Source: Octopus sinensis (Eukaryota). From it: 64,000 nucleotides of DNA. A program made the translations under genes and the position numbers. The notes under the pieces were generated by a model that saw only the letters and a program-made list of their open reading frames with translations, was not told where the DNA came from and ran no database searches. Shown one piece after another: positions 13,195-25,992 of the stretch; positions within the stretch are counted from its first letter, which is position 1, and each line of letters opens with the position of its first letter. The stretch covers positions 24,862,001-24,926,000 of the forward strand of contig NC_043002.1 in NCBI RefSeq assembly GCF_006345805.1, written 5' to 3'.

Positions 13195-13560
13195 AAAAAA
13201 AACTCGAATTTTTTGCGTGGAATCAAGTACCCTGACCTCCTAATATGCTGCAAATCCCATATTTTAGTCCGGAAGGAGGGGGGTACCCCCGCCCCCGGAA
13301 TTTTCACACACAAAAAAAAAACTCTGAATTTTTGCGTGGAAGCAAGTACCCTGACCTCGTAATATGCTGTAAATCCCATATTTTGGTTCGGAAGGGTGGG
13401 CAGCCCCCACCCCCTGGAATTTTCACTAAGGAAAAATATTTTTTTTAAATTCGGATTTTTTGCGTGGAATCAAGTACTCTGACCTTCTTACCCTAATATG
13501 CTGGAAATCCCTTATTTTGGTTCGGAAAAGGGGGTGGCGAATTGGATTTTTTTTTTTTTT
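13195..13560. repeat. Minisatellite, about 3 x 123-bp units
   Basis: Recurring ttttttgcgtggaatcaagtaccctgacct..taatatgctg.aaatcccatatttt.gt.cggaagg. Confidence 0.85.
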
Positions 13561-13932
13561 TTTCGTTGAATGAATTCCTGTAACATGCTAACATAACCCA
13601 TCCCAACAAGGTAGAAAACCCTAATTGCGGTTCGAAAAATGGAGTGAGGTGGAAGCCTCGGAAGTTTCACCCACTCCCAACATTTTACAGAAATAAAATT
13701 TCCTGGGTGTGAATTACATGGTTCGTTATTAAATATATATAGAAAATGTGTATAATTGGTGTATTCGTGTCTGTGTGTGCGCACACAACAATTTCAATGA
13801 TTTATACGAATAAACAGAAAGTACAGAAATATATGTTCTACATATCTGTTATATATGTCCTTCATTTTCGCATCCGTGAAGTTTTTGAGGATGACGGAAA
13901 AGCTATTTGATGCACCCACTAAAAGATTTGGA

Positions 13933-14083
13933 AATGGGGCTAATGCAAATTCACACCTCCCCTTCAGAAATGTATTTTTCTGAAAAAGTTTATTCTGACA
14001 TATAAAACCTAGGACTCCAAATAAACTTTTTCAGAAAAATGCATTTTGTCTAGGTGAGGTGCAAATCTACATTAGCACCCCTG
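13933..14083. mobile_element. Short hairpin MITE (~150 bp) with imperfect ~60-bp inverted arms
   Basis: ggggctaatgcaaattcacacctc...ttttctgaaaaagtttatt versus aataaactttttcagaaaaa...gaggtgcaaatctacattagcacccctg. Confidence 0.65.
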
Positions 14084-14418
14084 GAATTGCAATTAAGCAA
14101 TTACGACAGGTCAGCAAATGTCGCGTTCTAATTTTTGTTTCTGATCTCTCTCAACACTCTCTCTGCCCTCTCTTTCTCAAAGTTTTACAGCTTCATACCA
14201 GCGTTTTAAGAAAAAATAAAAATAAAAGTTTTCCGCGTCTAAACTAATTTTTGCGTGTGTGGGGGAGAAAGATGAACGATTTAAAATAAATATATCTTAA
14301 TTATAGTGTGAGAAAGTATATATATTCTGATGATAAAATATATTATCTTTCAAAAACATCCCAAATTTTTAGACTATATCGTGTATGTTTAAGAAATGGT
14401 TCATTATATATATATATA

Positions 14419-14852
<434 letters not shown>

Positions 14853-15558
14853 CATTATATATACAAACATATACAAATTATATATATATATATATATGAA
14901 TTGAATTAGAGATAAAACCACTATTAGGCAAATCAAACAGTGAAAAACATAAACCAAAATATAAAAATAAAAATATAATATACAAAATATATAAAATATA
15001 AAATTTAATAATTTAAATTTAAAATTAAAATTATTAATTTATATTTATAATTCTTTTAAAAAATATATATAACTATCAAAAAGTATTAAAAAGTTTAATA
15101 TACATAAATACAGATATATACATTTTGTATATATACATATTTATATATAGAACACACACACACACACATATAAATTAACCCGATAAATATCTGATTCATA
15201 ATATTTGTTCTCATGATTGTGTGGTGGTGGTGGTGGTGGTGATGATAATTCTGTTTATGAATGCAGAGAGACGTAGACAGAGAGAGTGTGTGAAAGCGCT
15301 GTCGAAAGCGGGGAGGGGGAGGAGGTATAGAACGCTGTTTGACGACGTTATAAAGAGAAAGTGAAGGGGAGTTAGACGCTGTGAAACGACGTTATATATA
15401 GAAAGTGATGGGAAGGGAGGAAAGAGAGTGGGTGAAGGAGGAAGACAGATACATAAAAGAATGAGAGTAGACTTGTGAAAGTCCTTTTTTTGGCCCTAGC
15501 AACGACACCTTTTAGGATAGGGATTTCTAACCTAGCCAACTCACATCCTCACCTCATT

Positions 15559-15800
15559 TTACAGGTCCCTGTAAATTTTGGAGTCAATCCGATGGGATCT
15601 AGTGGCCTTTAACCCGTTCTCAATGCCAAAACCAGACAAACAACTTTTCGGGTTAAAGATGGATTTCCTGACCATTGGCACCTGACCCTTCCACAAAAAG
15701 TCAAAGAGCAGGTGTACCAACTTGGCCAACCAGTGGTTGGGACAAGGGACGACGGTCAAGCGGTAATAGATGATGGATGCGATGTACGTTGTGGGTTAGA
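15559..15800 (-). mobile_element. Tx1/L1-clade LINE ORF2 fragment (post-RT region)
   Basis: YIASIIYYRLTVVPCPNHWLAKLVHLLFDFLWKGQVPMVRKSI. Confidence 0.6.
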
Positions 15801-17050
15801 ACCTTTTGTCCAGCCCACTGATGATTCTGCCAGCTCACTGCCTTAATAATAATAACAACGATAATCCTTTCTTCACTTTGTACTGAATTGCTTTGATCTT
15901 TTGTTGTTGCCGCCGCCATCGTTATCATCATCATCATTTCTTTTTGTTATTATGTACACCTTTTTCAAGTTTGGTGCATATTACTTCAATTTTCATTGCC
16001 TTTGATATCATGATGGGAATGTCATTGAAATATGTAGATGTAGCTAGTTCCATTGGAATGTCACTAAACTCATCTCATTTCTAGAGCAGAGGATCAAGAG
16101 CCAGAACATATTGAATGCAGTAAGGGTATCTTAAAGGAACTGAGGATGTAATGGAGTGATTGATTTCAAATATTTCCAATAGGTGGTCATTTATTTAACC
16201 TATGGACAGGTGCTGCTGTATTAGAAAGTGATCTTGTATCTGATAACTGTTGCATTTAAAACAACAATCATATAATGATTTTTGAGTCTACTGAAAACTT
16301 TAGATTAATCAAAGTTGATTGACAAACAACTGGAACCAGACTTATCATCAAAACTCTTTAGATTGTTTTCAGCAGTGTAGTGTGTGTTCTCAAAAGATAT
16401 GCCACAAACTGCACAAGCTTGTGCTATTCTGAGTATAAAAGTGAGAACTACACATTCAGCAGATTTAAAGTCTTAGTATTACCAACAAACCCCCTTTATG
16501 TGCATCCTTGTCCAGAAGCACCATGACACCCTGGCTTACATAATTAGACATGGTTCTAATCTGCTGTCAGCTTTGCTGTACATCTGACTTACTGAAATGA
16601 AACCTGTAAGATAATCCAACCAATCTCAGTAAAATTCTTCTCATGCAACCACTGTTCATATGTTGTTATCGTACACCACTTAACCTTTTCTACTAAAAGT
16701 TGCAACAAATCTTTAATGTACACTTTACAATCTACTGTCTCCGGTCTACACTCTTCCACTAAACATTTTGACTGTTTAAAAATGCACATATCCCCCTAGA
16801 ATCAGATAGTATGCACCTCTTTAGGGTATATCAAATACTGTATTGTAGTGTGCTGGCTCTGTTTCCATGTTATGACCATACTACACGGGCCCATCAAACT
16901 GCTTTTTCTTTTTATTTATGTATAAATTCATAAATTGATATGTAATATAACATGTGTCATAGACACAGCAACTTTGAATTATACATTTTAATCTTCCTAA
17001 TTTCTATAATGTTTTAAAGATTTTGTTTTCTTTTATATTCTTTGACAGAA

Positions 17051-17117
17051 ATGTACCTTAAAAAAAAGACCTTAATCACAATTTGTATTTTGCTGTTTGT
17101 ATACTGGATATTTCATG
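17051..17117 (+). CDS. Predicted first coding exon of the GT31 gene: type II signal anchor MYLKKKTLITICILLFVYWIFH
   Basis: Acceptor tttgacag|AA-ATG at 17048/17049; donor G|GTAAGT at 17117/17118; phase 1 matches the acceptor at 17979. Confidence 0.8.
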
Positions 17118-17979
17118 GTAAGTTACTTTCTTAGCTACAACAATGGATAATTGAAATTTCTTGAATGTTAAATCCAACATTTATTTATTTAGCTAGTTAT
17201 TTGTTTATTTACAACTCTGGGTGAGCAATTATCAAAACATTGTGTGGATTGGTTGAATAGGTCTTGATATACTGGAATGATGTTAAGATAGCATGGTGTT
17301 CCATAATAAAACCAATTCCAACGTTGTTCAAATAATACTTATTTTTACAGAAGTATATCACAATGTTTAAATAATTATGTAGTGGCTTGCCAGTAGTGTA
17401 TTGTGGTGTGCAAATGTAGTTCTTATGCACATTAATAAGAGAGAAAAGATTGGCTTCACATGGATGTCAGGAAAAATACTCTGTTAATCATAGCTAACAA
17501 TTCATTTAACCCAGGATTGGGCTATAACCAAGGAAACTTATCCATTTAAGGGCTTGCTTGAGCATTCGATGTGCATCTCTGATGTATATATTACTAAGAA
17601 TTGGCTGGCTACTTATTTGTATGGCGAGAAGTGAGGATATTGTGTTCATGGTATATGCTTAGAAAAGTGCGTTGAAAACAAAGGTCGAACAGTGACCAAA
17701 AATCCTATATTCATAAATCTCTGAAATCTTCTCAAACTTCTGCACTGATTCTGGCATGCTTTCTCTTTTATAACCCCTCTACACTCGGTAACAACAAGCT
17801 GATTGGTTGGTATTCAGGGCATATCTTACTAGACATGTATGGTTTCGATTTTAGGTTTTGCTACAACTGAATACCAGTAAAACACTACAAGCTTTGAATT
17901 TGAAATTGCTTTGTGAATCATGTGGCTAGACGAAATTTTCAACAATTCTTAATGTATATACTTTACTTTTGCTTTCCAG

Positions 17980-19004
17980 ATGCTTTTCATTCACCAAAGG
18001 ATCATTCTTTGACTTATTTTAATGAAAGAAGAGAAACCTTAAAAAATACAGAGATCATTCTTCAATCACAACCAAAAGGATCAAAAGTTGATAAACGTTA
18101 CTATGACAACCCGCAGCCATATGAATATGACTTTAAAAATCTCATCAATGAACCAGTTCTTTGCAGTCAATATGAAAAAGTATTCCTTCTTTATACTGTT
18201 CGTACAATTTACAGCCATTTGGATCGACGAAAAGTACTAAGAAAAATTTTCCAGGATATTCCATATGATTCTTTCTCAAAAGACATTGTTGTCAAACATG
18301 TTTTTCTTTTCGCCAATACAAATAATTATACAACTGAATCGCTCATCCGTGAGGAGAGTAGAATATACAGAGATATTATCCAGGATGATTTCCCAGAATC
18401 TTATGCTAATGTCTACTTAAAGACACTTATGGCATGGAAGTGGAGTGTGGAGTTTTGTGCCAATGTGGAATATGTTATGGTATCAAATGATGAACTTTTT
18501 GTTGACCAGATCAAACTTCTGCCATTTCTTCATTATGATTTGTCTCAAGTTGATTATGATAATCATTTTGCATTTTGTTTTTGCCTTGGCAATGGAATAT
18601 CAAAGCATAACAAATACAAAAAATTCCGTGATCTCGGTCAGAAAATGTTGTATCAAGGGAAGAACTATCCTATATATTGTCATGGTGTTGGTTACATAGC
18701 ACATATTAATGTAATCAACAAACTCTATCTGGCATCGTTGAAGAACAAAATGCTCATGCCAGACGATGTTTGGAATGGTGTATTGTCAGAAAAGTTAGGC
18801 ATCAAACAAAATTGCCACAACCATCGAGTTTATGTATCCAAATATTTTGGTTCCATTTTGAAGTCATATTTGAAAAACCCATTCTTTGTGGCGATATGTG
18901 ATCATTTTAATAGACCAGAAGCAGCAGTACCATGTCTGCAGGGTATATATAAATCAGTTTCCAAACTGAGAAACAACAGTAATGTTCATAATAGGCTTCA
19001 ATAA
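17980..19004 (+). CDS. GT31 family beta-1,3-galactosyltransferase-like catalytic exon (spliced protein about 363 aa)
   Basis: Galactosyl_T motifs EESRIYRDIIQDDFPESYANVYLKT, WSVEFC, YPIYCHGVGY, DDVWNGVLSEKLGI; acceptor ttttgctttccag|AT; AATAAA just after the stop. Confidence 0.88.
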
Positions 19005-19859
19005 CAGAAAAATAAAGGTAACATAAAGACTTGTCCAGGTATTCTGATGTTAAATCATCATGCATTTATTAACATCATTTGTATTATTTCTATTATCATT
19101 ATTATTATTAATTTTTTCAACAAATGTACTATAGCAAAGATGGTCTGAATGTTCAGTTTTAAAAACATATGGCCCCCATCTCCAGCTATTTTATATTTTA
19201 AAAATTTTGGGGTAGTTTAGTATGTCACACCTGGCAGTGCTAAATATTTGGAAACAGGAACAATTCCCCAGGTTAATGAAATGCAATTCTAACTATTTGT
19301 ATTGGACTGTGGATAGCTTATAAAACATATTGTTATTCTTTTATTTACTTTTGTTATATAAAGCTCTTCATAATTCCATTCACTTTTAGTGTGGAGCCCC
19401 TCACAGACTCCTGACAAACTGGCCACCTGCTTGGTAGCAAGGTTGTGAAAGAGAGTATCTTGTTTTGTTCATCATCTTTAAATCTTAAGGTCTTGAAAAT
19501 TTGTATAACATGATCATTTGTAATGTATAAATTAAGGAGATGCATTTTCCCCCAAGAACTTCGGTACTTGGCATGTAAAACACAAATCATAGAAGGGATT
19601 GACCATGTCAACAGCTTGGCATATGAGATCTTGCCAATAAAAGGTAAAATTCTTCAGCCAGTAACTTGTTATTAGGCCTAGGTCTGGAGATTTCTTCTTT
19701 CCCATTTTTTCTAGAACAGCTTTCAATATTTCACCAACTATTTCATAATGTTTTTGCTAAACATGCTGGCAGTAGTCCAGCATGAGTTCTTTTAGTCATA
19801 CAGTTTGTTCACTGATTTCCTCAATTGTTTTCCATACAGATCTTCAGTAGTCCTCAGCT

Positions 19860-22024
19860 TCTGGTTCGATGAAAATGACAAGGAGATCCAGGAATTACTA
19901 GCAAGGAAGAGGGCAGCACATTAGGCCCACCTCACACAACCAGCCTGTCCTGTAAAGAAAACTACCTTTCAACGCACATGCAGCACCCTACAGCGAAAAC
20001 TCAGAGAAATGCAGAACGAGTGGTGGAACCACCTGGCATGGAGAACCTCAGAGACTATAGAGGCTTTTATGAGGCTCTGAAAGCAGTGTATGGCCCCACC
20101 TACCAGAGTCCCCCTGCACAGTTCAGATGGACAGGACCTCCCCGATAACACCTCCATCCTCGCTCGCTGGTCTGAGCACTTCCAAAGCCTCTTCAGTGCT
20201 AACCGTACCATACAGGACGCTGCCATCCTTCGCATTCCTCAACTTCCACTCAAAGAGGAGCTCAACAAACCACCCACCCTCGAAGAAACGATTGAAGCCA
20301 TAGGAAAACTCAAGAGTCACAAAGCAGCAGGAGTTGACGACGTCCCACCAAAAATCTGGAAGAATGGAGGTCCAATGCTCCATGATTTTCTTGTCTGCTG
20401 CTGGGAGCAGAGCAAGCTGCCACAGGATCTTCGCGACACCGTCATCATAACCCTGTACAAGAACAAGGGTGAAAAGTCTGACTGCTTCAACTACTGGGGA
20501 ATCACCCTACTCTCCATTGCTGGCAAAGTACTTGCCAGGATCCTGCTCAATAGGCTAGTATCAACCATCGCTGAAGAAAACCTCCCCAAGAGCCAGTGTG
20601 GCCTCAGAGCCAACAGAGGCACAACGGATATGGTGTTCGTCCTCTGCCAACTCCAGGAAAAATGCCAAGAACAAAACAGGGGACTCTGTGCTGCTTTTGT
20701 CGACCTCACAAAAGCATTTGACACAGTGAGCAGAACAGAACTATGGCTCATCCTGGAACGACCTGGCTGTCCCACCAAGTTTCTACAGATGGTGATCTAG
20801 CTGCACGTGAATCAGTGTGGTCAGATAAGACTCAATGGTGACCTGTTGGAGCCCTTCCCCATCTCCAACGGCATGAAGCAGGGTTGTGTCCTAGCACCAA
20901 CTCTTTTCAGCATCTTCTTCAGCATGATGATCAAGCATGCAACTGAAGAAATGGAGGATGAGGATGGGGTGTGTTAGGTATCGTCTGGATAGCAGCCTTT
21001 TCAATCTATAGTGCCTCCAAGCCCACACCAAGACCCAGGAGAGGCTGATCCAAGACCTTCTCTTCATAGACGACGCTGTCCTTGTTGCCCATACAGAGCG
21101 AGCTCTGCAGCGCATCACGTCCTGTCTTGCAGATGCCTCACGGCTCTTTGGCCTGGCAGTCAGCCTCAAGAAGACGGAGGTACTTCACCAACCTACACCC
21201 CAAGAGGATTACCACCCACCCCACATCACTATATGTGGTACCAAACTGAAATCAACTCAGCAGTTTACATACCTGGGCTGCATCATCTCATTCGATGCAA
21301 GGATCGACAAAGAAATTGAAAATAGACTCTCTAAGGCAAATAGGTCCTTTGGGAGATTGTACAAACGTGTTTGGCACAATAATAACTTGAAGAACAAAAC
21401 AAAGATCAGTGTCTACAGGGCCGTTGTTCTCACCACTCTTCTCTATGGTTCAGAGACCTGGATCACTTACCGCAGTTACATCCGTCTCCTCGAGCGCTTC
21501 CACCAACGATGTCTCCGCACCATCCTCAACATTCACTGGAGTGATTTCATCACAAACATTGAAGTCTTGGAGCGGGCCGAGATCCCCAGCATTGAAGCCA
21601 TGCTACTGAAGTCCCACCTCCGATGGGCAGGGCATGTCTCCAGAATGCCCTGTTTGGCGAACTCTCCATCGGCCACCGTGTGAAAGGAGCTCTGAGGAAG
21701 CGCTACAAAGACTGCCTCAAGAAGTCTCTAACAGCATGTCATATTAACGACCAATGCTGGTCAGACTTGGCTGCGGACCTTGATGTCTGGTGCCACACGA
21801 TCTTCAATGCAGTCAACAAGTTTGAGGAACAAAGAAGAGACACACTTAAAGACAAGAGATGCAGGAGGAAGGCGCGAGCTGCCTCTGACACCACACAGGA
21901 TGTTACCTTCTTCTGTGGACACTGCTCACGGACCTGCCTTTCCCATATCGGACTTGTCAGTCATGAGCGTGCATGCACGCAATGTGGACAGCCTTCCTGA
22001 TCTTCGTTCGCTAAGCCAAGCCAT
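19860..22024 (+). mobile_element. 5'-truncated RTE-BovB-like LINE, RT pseudogenised by stops and frameshifts
   Basis: WFDENDKEIQ, GITLLSIAGKVLARILLNRL, AAFVDLTKAFDTV, QGCVLAPTLFSIFF, LLYGSETW, LRWAGHV, C-terminal CGHC..HERAC; end gatcttcgttcgctaagccaagcca; visibly GC-richer than the flanks. Confidence 0.92.
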
Positions 22025-22039
22025 TATATATATATATAT

Positions 22040-22255
22040 ACACACACACACATCCGGTGGCAAGAAAAAAGCACCAACTGATCGTGGCCAATGCCAGCCT
22101 CCCCTGGCCAGCCTCCACTGGCCAGCCTCCACTGCCAGATCAGACTGGAGCCTGGTGCAGCCTCCTGGCTTCCTAGACCCCGATCAAACCGTCCAACACA
22201 TGCTAGCATGGAAAACGAGCATTAAACGATGATGAAGATGATGTGATGATGATGA
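22040..22255 (+). mobile_element. RTE-LINE 3' terminal fragment
   Basis: actgccagatcagactggagcctggtgcagcc...gctagcatggaaaacgagcattaaacgatgatga. Confidence 0.75.
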
Positions 22256-22292
22256 GGATAATGATATATATATATAATTATAAATATTTATA

Positions 22293-22675
22293 GGCACAGG
22301 AGTGGCTGTGTGGTAAACAGCTTGCTTACCAACCACATGGTTCGGGTTTGTTCCTTGGGCAAGTGTCTTCTACTATAGCCTCGGGCTGGCCAAAGCCTTG
22401 TGAGTGGATTTGGTAGATGGAAGCTGAAAGCAGCCCGTCGTATATATGTATATGTGTATGTGTCTGTATATGTTTGTGTGTCTGCGTTTGTACTCCCCAC
22501 CATCGCTTGACAATCGATGGTGGTGTGTTTACGTCCCTGTAACTTAGCAGTTCGGCAAAAGAGAATGGTAGAATAAGTACTAGGCTTCCAAAGAATAAGT
22601 TCTGGGGTCGTTTTGCTCGACTAAAGACGGTGCTCCAGCATGGCCACAGTCAAATGACTGAAACAAGTAAAAGAG
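22293..22675 (+). mobile_element. SINE family A, full length
   Basis: Colinear with 10257-10625. Confidence 0.85.
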
Positions 22676-22734
22676 TCCAGTATAACTAAAATAAGGTGAC
22701 AAGAATGTAAACAAAAATGGTAAACAATTAAAAA

Positions 22735-22880
22735 AAAACAGGGCATCCAGCCGTAGAAACACTGCCAGATCTGACTGGGCCTGACGAAGCCTTCCAGCTT
22801 CACAGACCCCAGTTGACCCGTCCAACCCATGCTAGCATGGAAAGCGGATGCTAAGCGATGATGATGATGATGATGATGAT
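22735..22880 (+). mobile_element. RTE-LINE 3' terminal fragment with (GAT)n tail
   Basis: gggcatccagccgtagaaacactgccagatc...gctagcatggaaagcgg...gatgatgatg. Confidence 0.8.
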
Positions 22881-22989
22881 GTATGTAAAGATGAAAGTTT
22901 TTGAAAAACTGAAAGCTTCTTTGTAAGGTGGACTTTTTTTTCTCTTCCAGTGAAGAATATATTGCATGATACTAGGGTGTGAACCTGCA

Positions 22990-23330
22990 ATGCTGGGTGA
23001 TAGCAAGACATAGGTTGCTAAACCAGAAAGAAATGAAATGAGTATGCCCGACTGGATGTATAATGTTGGTGAGCTAAAAGATAAACTGGATACAAGAGGA
23101 ATCAGATGGAGTGTGCAAGAAATAATTAAGCTGCATTGGTATGGGCATGTGATGTGCATGGAGGATGACAACTAAATAAAGAAGTGCAAAACAATCAAGT
23201 AGATGGAAACTGTGGAAGGAGGAAACCTAGGAATACATGGGGCAAAGTGGTGTAAACTGACTTTACGATGCTGAACCTAACAAACAAGATAAAAAAAAGA
23301 CTACGATGATTTATGACAAACAGCAAAATG
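22990..23330 (+). mobile_element. Degenerate RTE ORF C-terminal fragment
   Basis: ERNEMSM..WM, KLHWYGHVMCME, CGRRKPRNTW. Confidence 0.6.
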
Positions 23331-23399
23331 TATGTTGAAATGGTAGCAGCATTGGAAGCTAGGATACATAATAAATCTACTGTTTGGTATTTCATTATT

Positions 23400-23595
23400 G
23401 GCCACAAGGGGCTAAACATAGAGGGGGAAAACAAGGACAGACAAAGGGATTAAGTCAATGACATCGACCCCAGTGCATAACTGGTACTTAATTTATCGAC
23501 CCCAAAAGGATGAAAGGCAAAGTCGGAATTTGAACTCAGAACGTGAAGACAGATGAAATACCTAGTGTGCTAACGTTTCTGCCAGCTTGTCACCT
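23400..23595 (-). mobile_element. tRNA-derived SINE family C (other copies 47163-47292 minus, 62241-62465 plus)
   Basis: Shared gtcgactttgcctttcatcctt..ggggtcgataaattaagtaccag core and cccttgtgg tail. Confidence 0.8.
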
Positions 23596-24109
23596 TATAT
23601 CTACTGTTTGTATCCGATTCACCCCATCATTATCTTTCTGTACTGTCAACTATCAACTCCTCTTCTCAAAGCTATTCATTTTTCTCAGCCATCATTTTCT
23701 TACCATCACTCATTTCTATTATTGGCCCTCACTTGATCTCTCTTTCTCTCCAGCAAATGTAGTCGCCATCACAGTCTCTCTTCCATTACTTCCTACCATT
23801 GCTGTCTCTTTTTTCCATTACTCCCTCTTTTACCGTCCTCTCACCTCAAAAATACAATTTCTCCTATCATATTCTTACCCCAAATTCATCTTCTGTAATT
23901 ATTCTTTCTTCTCACCCTCTTGGTCATGTTGTCATACAGAGGCAAATGTATGTTAAAGTGTTTTTCGTCTTGCAGAGTACCAAGTAATCTCACAAGTGCA
24001 CTGGCCAAGTCTCAATGACTCCTTTAGCATTTATACAAGGTGTTCGGCCTAAATTTGACAGTTTGCATTAAAAAAAGAAACAAAATAACCCATTCAAAAA
24101 TAAAAATCA

Positions 24110-24370
24110 TCATCATCATCATCATCGTTTAATGTCTGCTAGCATGGGTTGGACGATTTTGACTGAGGGTTGGCAAACCAGATGGCTGCACCAGGCTCCA
24201 ATCTTGATCTGGCAGAGTTTCTACAGCTGGATGCCCTTCCTAACGCCAACCACTCCGAGAGTGTAGTGGGTGCTTTTTATGTGCCACCAGCATGGGGGCC
24301 AGTCAGGCAGTACTGGCAATGACCTCGCTCGAATCTTTTTACACGTGCCACCAGCACAGGTGCCAGTGTG
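24110..24370 (-). mobile_element. RTE-LINE 3' fragment
   Basis: (CAT)n followed by the reverse complement of the 3400-type end. Confidence 0.8.
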
Positions 24371-24399
24371 CCACAATCAAAAAATATCAACTCAGTTAC

Positions 24400-24850
24400 A
24401 GCTGGGAGATACTAGTTTACACAAAATAGCTGCCATCAGTTTCCACAACCTCAAGATAGCTTGGAACTGGAACATGTATACTTCATTGTATCCCTAGGAA
24501 GATCTTCAAACACTTTCTTGAGTTTAGCCACTGATTTGGCCTTGGTGGTGCAGGCAGAGTGTATGCTGTCTTTTTCAACCATGCTTCATACATAGTATCC
24601 ATGGGATTACAATCAGGGGAGTTAGGGGCCAGAAATTGAGGCTGGTGAAGTCACAGAATTTCTCTGACAATTACTTCTGACTATTTCTGGAGGTATGGCA
24701 AAGAGTCGAATCCTTCTGCCACACATATGGCCTTCCAGCAGTAACCCTTTCCAGTCAAGGTTTGACCACAGTCTCCAGCAGCTTAACAAAGTCATCTGAA
24801 TTGAGCTTAAGGCCTGTTCACAGGATGGCAAACTTCTGAAGTGGTGGCTT
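24400..24850 (-). mobile_element. Tc1/maT-like transposase C-terminal fragment, same family as 5560-6370
   Basis: NFWPLTPPDCNPMD motif and nucleotide similarity to 5565-5990. Confidence 0.7.
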
Positions 24851-25049
24851 TAAAGATTTGAAAGAATGTCTTTTATGGATGGTTTGTGTTAATTACACAT
24901 ATTCATTTACTACGTTTTATATATATATATATATATATCATCAACATTTAACATCCGTCTGTTTAAAAGATAATGATTATGATTATACATATATATATAA
25001 AATAGTAAATGAATATATATATATGTGTATATATATATATATATATATG

Positions 25050-25099
<50 letters not shown>

Positions 25100-25141
25100 T
25101 AAATATATATATATATACACACACACACATATATATATATA

Positions 25142-25987
25142 CTAGCAGAATTGCCCGGCGTTGCTCGGGGCTGAATTGCTTGAAAGTACTGTTAATGATT
25201 GCACTGAATTATGATGATTATTCAGGTAAATATTGATATAAGTTTACGCTGGGAGATAAGGACTTAACGATCAAACGTGTGCCATTGCATTGTTTTGGGG
25301 GAACCAAATTTCTGATGAGCATTATAGGGGCACCGACTTTAAGTTTGAGAATGTGTGGTGTTAGTCCGGGGTGCTCAAAGGAATTGAGTACCTCTATTGG
25401 ATAGTTGATGACGTCCTGTGGGTCAGGAGTTGTATTGATAGACTGATATACATAGACTTCCCCAGGAATGAGTTTTAGCATTTCATCATTAATATGGTGA
25501 ACAGTTTTATTCCTCGGGGCCAGTATAGCCTTTTGGCCAATCCAATCCATATTCTGATAATTAGCTTGTAGATCTTGGAACACTGCATCTCTGAGATCAG
25601 AAGGCGTCTTAACAATGGTACAAATGGAATCGATGGCAATATTACCATTTTCATCCCCTGGTATTTTGCCTTCGCCAAGTGCAAGGAGGGTGTGAGGAAA
25701 TGCTGCTGATGTGATATTACGTCGCATATGAGCACGCATATTGGTGTGAAGTTTGAGAGTTACTTCCCTTTATTAAAAAAATATGCATTAAAATGGGAGA
25801 AAATGATGGTAAATTATTTGTAAAATCGTAGACTCATCGTAGACGCACGCTAATACCCAGAAGGGCTCGATATGAATCACGACTATAAGATACTCGGTTT
25901 TTGTTAAACTGCATCGCAAAATGTGGGAGTAGTTAGGAATCTAAATCGGAGTAGACAGACACACAACCTTTCTTTTATATATAAAGA
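25142..25987 (-). mobile_element. Helitron deletion derivative retaining a PIF1-type helicase fragment (25218-25739)
   Basis: 5' TC at 25987, CTAG at 25142-25145, hairpin cccgagcaacgccggg, A/T target; ORF with AILAPRN, HILKLKVGAPIMLIRNL, CNGTRLIV. Confidence 0.92.
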
Positions 25988-25992
25988 TTTTC

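Noticed and set aside
13195-13560. CRISPR-like regular repeats
   Set aside because: Whole units are homologous with no unique spacers, the context is eukaryotic, and there are no cas genes
17913-17979. N-terminal 22 aa of the 363-aa ORF call
   Set aside because: Starts at GTG and covers a polypyrimidine tract and AG, so it is intronic; the real N-terminus is predicted at 17051
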